From positions 1,116,001-1,180,000 of the forward strand of contig CM106585.1 of the NCBI GenBank assembly GCA_048013815.1: a stretch of 64,000 nucleotides of DNA, in the 5' to 3' direction. The first letter of the stretch is position 1, and every line of letters starts with the position of its first letter. The DNA is from Setoptus koraiensis. Lineage: Eukaryota > Animalia > Arthropoda. The translations under genes were made by a program, and so were the position numbers. Of this stretch, positions 39,306-50,208 are shown one piece after another. The notes under the pieces are model-generated. The model had not been told where the DNA came from. It made no database searches and saw nothing but the letters and a program-made list of their open reading frames with translations.

Positions 39306-41057
39306 TATTAATTGTGTGTGTGATAGCTGAGAGCATGTGCATCATCAGCTTTCACTCAACATGACTGAGTTATGTGCCTTTGACAGTATTAATTGTGTTT
39401 GTTATAGCTGAGAGCATGTGCATCATCAGCTTTCACTCAGCATGACTGAGTTATGTGCCTTTCACAGTGCTGATTACGACCCAATAATGTAAGCCAGCTG
39501 TTATTCGATCCTCGTGCACTTGATCCTAATCAATCAGTAGCTTTCTGCTCTGATTAATCATTCTATTGGGCATCTCAGCTCCAAGTTCGTCACTTTCACT
39601 CATTTCGATCAATCATAGCATAACTTGTGCTGCGAGACACTTGTCAACTTGAGTAGCTTCTACTGTACTGTGATTCCCTAGTTTCATGACTACTAATTTC
39701 CCGTGCGCTAGATCCTTATTGTCTACAGCTAGCCTTCTACTTTGCTAGATCCACCTAGTTTGGGGTGTTCTAGCGAATAGTGCCACACTCAGATTTCAAC
39801 CAAACTTCACACATGGGCCCCGAAGGCCCCCCAAACAACAGATTCGCTAGTCCAGAAGTGCGGAAACTTCCGGTTCCGGTTTTACACAAACTTCAAGCTA
39901 GAGCCATGAAACTTGATGAACAGCAGGATGCAACCGTGCTGAGTACAACGGAGTTCGTTTCACTTGTGTGCGGCTCTCGGTTCTAGAGATATTCAGGAAA
40001 AACCGCGCGGGTATTCCGCTCGGAACGAAGCATCCGCGCGCACGAGTATATACGTGCGCCAATTCATCCCGATATCTTTCCGATTCTTGATGATACGCAT
40101 CATTGTGATGAATTCAGTTTCTATCGTCGCATTTCTTCAACCAAGAATTTTCCATGGATTGCAGTCACGTGAGCGGAGGGTAGAGGGCGCAGCCCGATAC
40201 CCGAAGCGCTCATCAACCCTACCCGAAGGGTTCCCGTCGCACGCAGTCGTCGCGGGAGCGACGACGGAGATGTGACGGCATCCAGATTACGAGGCCGCAG
40301 GCCGAGTTCTCAGACCCATCGCAGGTCCTACCCGAGTGCAGCGAAGCTGAAATTCGTCAACTTCCGGTCTTCCAAACCTATAAATAAGCCGATATCTCAA
40401 GAACCGGAAGTCGCACCGAGCTGAAAATTATGCCATCGTGTTCGGCGTCTTTTGGAACGCTATTATGGTGAGTTTTAGACCTCCAGCTCTGACTTGAGGT
40501 AAAACCGGAACCGGAAGTTTCCGCACTTCCGGACCACTTTTTTCGTTCTATTGAGGTCAAGATGAACCTATACCGGAAGTTTCATCAGAATCTGGGTGTG
40601 GCACTATTCGCTAGAACAACCCTAGTTTGCATCTCAGTCTTCTCTGTATCATTGTTTTCTAGTGATTCTGCCTCCTAGCTGTTCCTGTGTTAAATTTAAT
40701 AAACCATCATTTAAGCCTTCTATTGTACTAAATCTACCTAGTTTTCGCCTTTCCAGCTTCCCTGGTGCTAATTCCAATTTGTAAACAGCTAGAATTCTTG
40801 CTTCTAATTTTGTCTAGTTAGCATCTCAGCTTCCACTGTATAATTGTTTTCCAATGACTCCGCCTCCTAGCCTTCACTGTACTAACAAACTAGATAAATT
40901 TAGAACGATGAAACCTACCAGGTGCTTTCCGATGCCTTCCTTGTGCTAATTTTCCCTAGATAGAAAATTGCACTGATTTGTTCTACTCACGTGAATAAAC
41001 GTATCCATCATCACCACACGAATAGCAACTTAATTAAAATTAAGCGCTAAAAAAAAA
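39306..41057 (+). mobile_element. Unclassified ~890-bp repeat, copy 1 (interrupted by MITE copy 3)
   Basis: 39306-39762 plus 40630-41057 align (roughly 90% by eye) to ~43685-44565; internal ~77-bp tandem units; terminus …AATAAACG…AATTAAGCGCTA(n). Confidence 0.85.
39763..40621 (+). mobile_element. MITE copy 3 (859 bp), complete, 8-bp TSD CTAGTTTG
   Basis: TIRs GGGTGTTCTAGCGAATAGTGCCACAC / GTGTGGCACTATTCGCTAGAACAACC; CTAGTTTG at 39755-39762 and 40622-40629; a single CTAGTTTG in the paralogous empty site at 44134-44141. Confidence 0.92.
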
Positions 41058-41302
41058 TGCGCATCACACTTAGGGGGAGTGTCGGAGGTCAAGAGTGAAA
41101 GAAGTTGGCCCTGACACTGACCTAAATATACACATATGTATCAGCTATTTTTAGAAACATGCATGTCACCATGTATTTAACACAACTTCCAATATAAATA
41201 CAAGTAACAAGCTATACTGATTATACCAGTGTAAGAGCGCTTAATTTTTCCAGTGAACAATCTTAGAGGTTTAGACAGCTTATTAAGTAGTGATAAGTGC
41301 TA

Positions 41303-41650
41303 ACTGTCTCTAGAAAGTTTCAAGAATTCATCCTGGTGAGAACAGTTTCAAAAATCACACATACTGTATAGGCACATGTTCTCAATAATGGCCTATAGCG
41401 CCAATACTAGAAACAGAAAATTGATTAGACTTGCACAGATCGTGTATGGCACAGTGTTAGCTGTCTCTAGAAAGTTTCAAGAATTTATCCTGGTGAGAAC
41501 AGTTTCAAAATTGGCACATAATGTATGGGCACATGTGATCAGAAATCGCATGTATTGTATGATCCAGAATTGCCCATAGCGCCAATACTAGAAACAGAAA
41601 ATTGATTAGACTTGCACAGATCGTGTATGGCACAGTGCTAGCTGTCTCTA
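41303..41650. repeat. ~157-180-bp tandem duplication
   Basis: CTGTCTCTAGAAAGTTTCAAGAATT… and …ATAGCGCCAATACTAGAAACAGAAAATTGATTAGACTTGCACAGATCG… each occur twice in tandem. Confidence 0.85.
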
Positions 41651-42275
41651 GGGAGTTTCGAGACATGAGCCCGAGACTCGAAATTCAATCCACCTCCCTA
41701 GTAAATGTGTGTTTGGGAGGTGTACGAACTTGAGTGGACCCTCCACCTCCCAAGCATATCTAAGCCTACACACTCACTAAGCACTGATTATGCTAGTGCT
41801 AATGTTTGCAAGCACACAGCGCGTGACTCTAAAGATCGAAAACTGTGAATATCCACAAATAAATCGGTACGTGGATATTCACTGGCATACAAAGTCGGAG
41901 TATTCACAAGCACACAGCGCGTGAATCACCTTAGCACAATTGGTGAATATCCTATGAAATGCACGAATTAAGTATCTACCATCATACCGTGCGTGGACAT
42001 TCATGCGTGATCTTCAGGATCCCACAGCACTACATCATAAGCCCTTATTAAAATTAAGCGCTAATAATTAAACTTAAGCGCTAAAAATTTGTATACAAAG
42101 GAGAATTTTAATTTGAAATCTCGCAGTTCATGTTCAGCCAGCCAAATATCAACATCGTTCAATTTAATACCACCGTCATTCTAGTGACCATCGCAATCAT
42201 TCTAGTGACCAAGATAAAGTGAGCAAGATAAAGAGCGGCGATAATAGCGTAAAGATAGGAGAGAAACGAAACAAC

Positions 42276-42488
42276 ATGTACGATATAAACTTGAGGATGG
42301 CGCTTGGTGTGAAGCTACTTGCACATAACTATAGAGGCCTAGAAACGATATGTGGTATGCTGCAATTGAACCAACCAGTCCATCACACAGCATTTATGGA
42401 GTACAACAACAAAATTCTAGAAGCTTGTAAGAAAGTGGCCGCAAACTCTATGAGAAAAGCCATTGAACTGGAGATTGAATTATCCGAT
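42276..42488 (+). pseudogene. Mutator-like/Kolobok-Hydra-type transposase fragment B (N-terminal to the catalytic core)
   Basis: YDINLRMALGVKLLAHNYRGLETICGMLQLNQPVHHTAFMEYNNKILEACKKVAANSMRKAIELE matches the YxIN.R…G…F/IC..LxL..P……K I……A.ESM.KA.EEE segment of this family; cut by a MITE right end at 42489-42555. Confidence 0.72.
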
Positions 42489-42555
42489 GGTCAAGATGAA
42501 CCTATACCGGAAGTTTCATCAGAATCTGGGTGTGGCACTATTCGCTACAAAAACC
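42489..42555 (+). mobile_element. MITE right-end fragment
   Basis: GGTCAAGATGAACCTATACCGGAAGTTTCATCAGAATCTGGGTGTGGCACTATTCGCTAC is near-identical to 40555-40615. Confidence 0.85.
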
Positions 42556-43153
42556 AAAACACCTTGGCAATCTATTGAGAATCAACTGCCAAGGCCATTT
42601 TATAAGTATTAATGGAAAGAAAGAGAGCTGCCTTAGCCATGTGTTCACAATACATGAGGGGAACTCGTTTTCCATAGACGATTACAATTATCACGAAGCG
42701 ATTAATGTGACAAGGCCCCGCTTCGACTACTCCATACCAAACCAGATAAACCTAATGATGGAGACCGACCAGGTCGAATTTAAAAGCCTATTGCCCGAGG
42801 ACCTAGAGAAGCTACAAGGCAATGAGGAGCTGAAATCCATCAGAAATTTTAATTTGCAATTTCGAAGTTCGAATTGTGACCATCGAACACTGGCTGGCAA
42901 AATGGCACTGATCGCTATAAAAACCCATAACTGTACTTTACTGAGTGACTGCCGAGGATGCACCTGTTCTCAGCTATCACACGCACAATTAGGACTGTCA
43001 AAGGCACACAACTGTAAATCTAGATGGTTATCTCCGACATGATATCACATGCTCGCTTCTATATTCCAATCATACTTGTCCATCCAAAAAATTAAGCGCT
43101 CAAAATACTGATTTGATCAGTATTACTTGTCAATTTTCGAATTTCGAATTTCG

Positions 43154-43653
43154 NNNNNNNNNNNNNNNNNNNNNNNNNNNNNNNNNNNNNNNNNNNNNNN
43201 NNNNNNNNNNNNNNNNNNNNNNNNNNNNNNNNNNNNNNNNNNNNNNNNNNNNNNNNNNNNNNNNNNNNNNNNNNNNNNNNNNNNNNNNNNNNNNNNNNNN
43301 NNNNNNNNNNNNNNNNNNNNNNNNNNNNNNNNNNNNNNNNNNNNNNNNNNNNNNNNNNNNNNNNNNNNNNNNNNNNNNNNNNNNNNNNNNNNNNNNNNNN
43401 NNNNNNNNNNNNNNNNNNNNNNNNNNNNNNNNNNNNNNNNNNNNNNNNNNNNNNNNNNNNNNNNNNNNNNNNNNNNNNNNNNNNNNNNNNNNNNNNNNNN
43501 NNNNNNNNNNNNNNNNNNNNNNNNNNNNNNNNNNNNNNNNNNNNNNNNNNNNNNNNNNNNNNNNNNNNNNNNNNNNNNNNNNNNNNNNNNNNNNNNNNNN
43601 NNNNNNNNNNNNNNNNNNNNNNNNNNNNNNNNNNNNNNNNNNNNNNNNNNNNN
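43154..43653. other. Assembly gap, exactly 500 N
   Basis: Run of N; the round size suggests a placeholder rather than a measured gap. Confidence 0.98.
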
Positions 43654-44565
43654 CGCTGTTCAAATTTTTGCGTGCCTTTGACTGTGCTAATTGTGTGTGT
43701 CATAGCTGAGAGCATGTGCATCTTCAGTTTTCACACAGTACAGCACAGTTATGTGCCTTTGACAATATTAATTGTGTTTGTTATAGCGGAGAGCATGTGC
43801 ATCATCAGCTTTCACTCAGCATGACTGAGTTATGTGCCTTTCACAGTGCTGATTACGACCCAATAACGTAAGCTAGCTGCTATTCGATCCTCGTGCACTT
43901 GATCCTAATTAATCAGTAGCCTTCTGCTCTGCTAAATCATTCTAGTGGGCATCTCAGCTTCAAGTTCGTCACTTTCACCTAGTTCGATTAATCATAGCAT
44001 AACTTGTGCTGCGAGACACTTGTCAACTTGAGTAGCTTCTACTGTACTGTGATTTCCTATTTTCATGACTACTAACTTCCCGTGCGCTAGATCCTAATTG
44101 TCAACAGCTAGCCTTCTACTTTGCTAGATCCACCTAGTTTGCATCCCAGTCTTCTCTGTATCATTGTTTCCTAGTGATTCTGCCTCCTAGCTGTTCCTGT
44201 GTTAAATTTAATAAACCAACATTTAAGCGTTCTATTGTACTGAATCTACCTAGTTTTCGCCTTTCTAGCTCCCCTAGTGCTAATTCCAATTTGTAAACAG
44301 CTAGCATTCTTGCTTCTAATTTTGTCTAGTAAGCATCTCAGCTTCCACTGTATAATTGTTTTCCAATGACTCCGCCTCCTAGCTTCCACTGTACTAACAA
44401 ACTAGGTAAATTTAGAACGATGAAACCTACCAGATGCTTCCCGATGCCTTCCTTGTGCTAATTTTCCCTAGATAGAAAATTGCACTGATTTGTTCTACTC
44501 ACGTGAATAAACGTATCCATCATCACCACACGAATAGCAACTTAATTAAAATTAAGCGCTAAAAA
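43654..44565 (+). mobile_element. Unclassified ~890-bp repeat, copy 2 (MITE-free)
   Basis: Paralog of 39306-41057 without the insertion. Confidence 0.85.
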
Positions 44566-45088
44566 CTGTCAACAGAAATTCGAACCGAGTGCTCTCATTC
44601 ACTTCCACTCATTACTACGTAACAAACTATCTATACACCTAAGATCATTCAATAGAAAAATTGAGCGCCCTTATACTGGTATAATCAGTATACTGGTATA
44701 TCAGTTGTTTTTGTAGAGATAAAGAAGCCTTGTTGGTCTCATCTTACTACTACCTTTGATCCAACAGTACGTTATCCTGGACCCGCATCCTTCGATCTTG
44801 AAGATTTCATAAAGACCATGACCGCCCTGCGGGCACGGTTTATAATACTGATCCAGTATCTCAACTCACCACTGGATATGATAACTCTAGTCATGGATCT
44901 TGATCTGGCAATGCATCATTTTCTCGACGTGATCGACAGAAATCTCCTGGCAAGTCCCCGAGAAAATCTCCTAGGCACACCACCATGAAGTGTCCTAGAA
45001 CATTTCCGAGTAACTCCGATGGGGTTGGCCTATCTTTTGGATCGTAGGAAGGTTACGAACGTAGATCTTTATACTTTTAAGGAGATCG

Positions 45089-45208
45089 GTCACGATATTG
45101 GTCAAGTCACGATATCAGTCACAAAATCAGTCACAGAATCAGTCACGATATCAGTCACGATATTGGTCACAATTTCGGTCACTATTTTGGTCATAATTTT
45201 GGTCACAG
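45089..45208. repeat. 12-bp tandem repeat (GTCACGATATCA, ~10 units)
   Basis: Minus strand reads as a decayed RD-dipeptide repeat ending …RDRSP. Confidence 0.8.
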
Positions 45209-46478
45209 TTTTTTTCTCGGAGGCTGAAGTTTTTCTTTGGTTTTCTGGAGATTTGGGAGAGTGAGGGAGAACTGGTACTAGTAAATCAACGGGACCTTCC
45301 CGACCTGCGATCTCCCCGCATCAGTCCATTGAGCGAGGGGACAACGAGAGATGGCCACTGCTCTTGAGCTTGCTCAAAAATTCACCAGGCTGAATGCCAG
45401 TGAACACTCATCTATTCTATTCCCGCACAACAATCTGGGATATCTTCTTGGGTGTTAGATTTTTTGTGCATTGCATCAGCTCCTTGTGACAACTTATCGG
45501 TTGTTGGGTTGGTTATTCTGTGTTGTCCGTGACATCTTGATCGTCGAGAAGACAAAGAAGCTTCAATAGATAACTGATCTGGTGTGTAACCTGATGCCAC
45601 AGCATGAACGAGATCATTCAATCGAGAAATAGAAATTATGAGAGTTGTTATTCGCTCGTCTAAAAAAGAACAGCCAACTCGACCCAAAAGAAAGTACTAG
45701 TTCGAATTCTACTCAATCTTTTGGCTGTATGAGTCATAGATTAGATTCTGGTGATTGGTAGCTCATTTTTGTAGATCACTTGAGCTTATAAGTTGGTTTG
45801 CGAAATCATTTCTCGAGCAAAGTCACAGCATTCAACTCCAAGCTACCGAGCAGCGAACTAATTCATCGAAATCAAGTGAGCACGGGCTTATAGTCTCACT
45901 AGCCGCCTATATATCTATATTGACATACAAGGAATGATCGGTTCTGTAGCTAGGCCTTTCATTTGCTCCACTCCATTTATCCATACTTGGAGATCACTTT
46001 GAGGCCGGGCAAAAAAGATCACGGTAAAAAGGGTGGTGGAGAAAAGCGACCGATTGTTGTTTGGCAACTTAAATCAATTCGCTCAGGTTATCTGGTGAGC
46101 GAGGGTTGTTCTTCGTTTCTTTTTTCAAAAAAAGACGAGAAAGTACCAACTGGATTAGATTACGACGTGCCAGCATTAACTGAATGTGAGTCTGCAGAAT
46201 TAGCAAATTCTGGTGCGCGGGCGGGCTCGTGAGATTAATAATAATCGGATAAATGTAAAACGGTCGTGGTAATCTGAACGAAGATTGAGGCTAATCAATG
46301 GTAGATTGCTCATCTATTCCAAATGTTCCGTCTCTTGTTTTCTATCTCTCTCGAAACAACCTAAAACCGATTATACACCATCACTAAAAAGTGTACAACG
46401 TAAAGTGAGTCGAAACCGAGAGGTATATAAGACAAGTGATTTTGAGTAGAATGGCTAAAACAACAAATTTTACTTTTA

Positions 46479-46520
<42 letters not shown>

Positions 46521-46861
46521 CAGTGGATTAGTTATTAATAGCATATACTATACAGTGTGTTGGTGTCGGTATGTGAGATATTATAGATATATTGACACGA
46601 TAATTTGTGTGTATCCTCTTCGTTGTCAGTCTTATACATTGGTAGTTGTTCCAGTCATTATTTACTCGACCACTTTGTTGTTATTTTGCTTTGATTACAT
46701 AATGATTACATATATGATTTGTAAGACAGAGCTAGAAACATTGAGTGGCCTCAGCATGATCATGTTTGTTTGTTTATAGGTGAAGTTGATTGGTTGTTCA
46801 ATCTGACAGTTGACAATAACAACAACAGTTGAACGAGAATGAGTAAAGTAGGCGAGCGAGC

Positions 46862-49800
46862 TTAAAAATTGTTTACTCGCCTCCCATGAATTGAGCTGGG
46901 AGAACAATTTGTGTAACCGTCGTCAGGCTGCAACGGATTGTTTGTGTGAGGCCCAAAGTCTGAATCACCTGTCCGTTGTTTGTTGTGTTGTTGTTGTTGT
47001 TGACAATCAATAGTAAGCGAAACAGTTGTCTTGTCGTCCAAGTCTCTATCTGTATATTTGTTGCTACTGTCCAATCTGTTGTTAGCCCGCCGCCTAAAGT
47101 GACGATGATGCCCACCAAATAGACGGTCCCAAATAGAGCCTCTGTTGTGGGTGTTAGTGTTGGTGGTGTCATCAATTGGCAACAAGCAACTGTTGTTTGC
47201 ATTCAAATTTTGAAATTGCTTCGTTGTCGTCGTTGTTGTTGTTGTTGTGGTTGAGCCTCCGTTGTATTTATGTTGTTTCAATAATTTATCATTATTGTTG
47301 TTGTCTCCATCCAATTTTAGCCCATGCTGTTGGTGTTGCTTCTTGTTGCGACCTCGAAACAATTTTGACAGTCTCTTATTAGTCTTGTGACTGTTATTAA
47401 AATTACCATTATTATTATTGTCGGCATTGGTGTCGGTAGTGTTGGCTTGATTAGGATGATCGCCATATTGAAATCTGTACTCTTCCTTTCTCATATGCTC
47501 ATTAATAGTCATACATCTGAATAATAACAAATGCTTAAAGGCATGCCTAAAATCATGATGAAATGTTACATAAATAATTGGATTTAATAATGAATTTGCA
47601 TAACCTAACCAGAGGCACAACAGAACAAAGACGCGCGGCAATTCATTAACTGTTTTAGAGAATGGACGCAATAATGCCAATATGAAGAATGGTAGCCAAC
47701 AAATAGTGAATGCGCTCATTATAATACCCAATGTAAATGAGGCCTTCCGTTCGCGCATCACCGAGCTGGTGCGACGTCGCTTGCCACTGGTGTTGCTGTT
47801 TGCCGCTTGCATTGTTGTTAGCTGTTGCTGTTGTTGCTGGCTATTATAATTAGCGATTTGATTATTAATTGCTGTAGCTTGTTGTTGTTGTTGCTGCTGT
47901 TGCTGTTGCTGTTGCCGAGTTAGCTGGCCGCCAGCAACAACAATCGCTGTTGTGCAATCGTTATTATTAGTAGTATCACAAGTCAGGGTCATTGGTTGCT
48001 GGCGTCGTTGTTGCTGGTGCCGCTGTTGAGCGTACAACGCCTCGGGGACAGCGGTCAACGCAGTTGTAGTTGGCGCGTTGTCAGCCAAAGCCAACGGAAC
48101 CGAGCCAGCCAAAGTGGATATCTGTTGTTTGTTGTTGTTGTTGTCGTTGTTGTATTGGTGGCGTGATTCACTTGGCGTCAGGCATCTATTTGTTATGCAA
48201 GTGTCATCGTCTTCGAACTCGTGCTGACCCTCATCATCATCATCGTCATCGTCGTCATCGCATTGATTGCTGTTGCGATAGCGCGACAAGGAACGGCGTC
48301 CACTACGACGACGACGACATTCACCGTTACTCGAACCGCCATTGATTATGTCATCGTCTTCGTCGTCATCTGCACCGTCATTATTGTCATCGTCGTCGCC
48401 TTCCACGTCTTGCTCTATCATTCTACTATGTTTGGCTTGCTGTTGTTTGTTGTCGCTGTTGTTGCTGTTGCTGCTGTTGCGGTGGTGGTGCTGCTGCTGC
48501 TGAAGCATCACATCAATCATCTTTTTGTTATTATTAGTAGTTCCGGTGATTCCCGTTATGTCACTGTTTCCGGTCACTTTTGTTGTGTGGTGGTGGTGGT
48601 GCATTTGTGTGTTTGTTGTTGTCTTAGCAGTAGTACCAACATTAAATAGATTAGCTGTTGTTGTCAAGCCAGTGTCGTCAGTGCTCATAACACTGTTGTT
48701 GTTGTTGTTATTAAGGTTGTTGCGTCGTTGTTGCTTGTCTTGTTCACTAGAACACTTGTGACATCTAGTTGTGTCATGTTCGCTATCGTCCTCATCGATG
48801 GGCCTTATGCACAACTCTTTCAATAGTGGACTCTCATTATATCTGTTGTTGTTGTTGCTGTCCAATAGTTTGTTGTTCTCATTTATATTATCCAAATCAA
48901 TATCGACAACAGCGTCTTCACTGTCAGTCTGATGGTGGCGTCGCTGTAATGAGGATATTTCGCATGAGCATGAACTAATTGGAGCGGCAATAGACAGATT
49001 GTTTTGTTTGGCACTTGATTGTGTTTGTTTGATGTCTTGCTCATTGTCGACGTTGTTGTATCCATTGTTGTTGTCATTCACCTTGCCACTGTCATCATCT
49101 TGTTTATTATTATTGTTTGTTGTTGTTGTTGATTCACAGTTCTTTATGTTGAGCATCTTTTCATCGTTATTACTATTACTATTATTATTGTTATTATTAA
49201 TATTGTTTCTATCATCGTCATTAACATTTCTAGAGGCGACCAGTTCTTTGTTGCCGCTGAGACCACGATTGCTCTTTGTTATTGTGGCCGCCTCATTGTC
49301 TGTGCCATATGTATAATAACTGGCACTGGCATTGTCTCTTAGCATGTCATTATCATTAGGCGATCCTCTCATCATCATCATCGTCTGCTGCTGCTGCTGC
49401 TGTTGTTCATTACTGTTGCTCTTGCTGTCTGGCCCACAATTGACAGAAGACAATTGCTGCTGCTGCTGCTCGTTGCATTGAGCCATCAACAGAGAACCGC
49501 ATTCTAGCGGTTGGCTAGACGATAATGGGCCAGCTCCATGGCAAGAGGATCCCGTTGAGCTGTCGCTACCCTGGCAGCAGCGACCGCACAATCGTTGGCG
49601 CGGTTTTGCCGCCAACATTGTTGACATGTTTTGTTTGTTGGTGGCTTTTGTTGTTGGTGGCATATCTTTTTGACTTATTGGGCTCCCCGGTTGTTGCTGT
49701 TGGCCTGCTGTTGCATCACATCCAGTGCCAGGCTCTAGCCAAGTCACCTGAGCGCCCGTTTTGGTGCTTGTTGTTGTTGTAACATTGGCGGCAAGACGAG

Positions 49801-50208
49801 CGTGCGGCTGGTTAAATGTCATTCTGGACGGAGCAGCCACTAGCTCATTAATGGCATTTAGTCTACCATCACAAACAATGGGTGCATAGTTGGCCAGCTT
49901 TTGTTGCTCAAGCTGTTGTTGTTGTTGCTGTTGCTGCTGTAGTTGTTGTTGTTGCCTGAGACGCTGCTGATGCAACTGATGCTGATAATGATGATCGTTG
50001 TGCTGTTGACCTAAAGTGGACCGTTGCTCGGCCTCGACAACTCGCTTGGCCGCATTGTAAATCTGATAGTAGAGACAAATCATGACAACTAACGGAATGT
50101 AGAAAGCGATTAGCGTTGCATACAATTGATAGAACAGCGACTGATTGACCTCGCATTTGGGATCGTCGTCGGTGCCGTACTCGTTGCCCGATATTAGCAG
50201 TGGTGGCA
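46862..50208 (-). CDS. 5-HT7: Serotonin receptor, 5-HT7 type: last coding exon (TM4 end to C-terminus)
   Basis: PPLLISGNE…[45 protein letters not shown] (ECL2/TM5), [32 protein letters not shown] (TM6) and [15 protein letters not shown] (TM7) match arthropod 5-HT7. Acceptor …TATCCGCACAG ends at 50209. Confidence 0.9.

Larger units (their letters stand above)
33467..46470. mobile_element. Nested transposon/repeat island (~13 kb)
   Basis: Abrupt loss of the CA/CAA microsatellite texture of the flanks; many internal direct and inverted duplications; transposase fragments; scaffold gap. Boundaries are approximate. Confidence 0.85.

Noticed and set aside
43092-43721. Four ORFs of 177-209 aa
   Set aside because: Artefacts of translating the N gap.
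46330-46455. LTR starting with TGT on the minus strand
   Set aside because: No second LTR, clear PBS or PPT seen.
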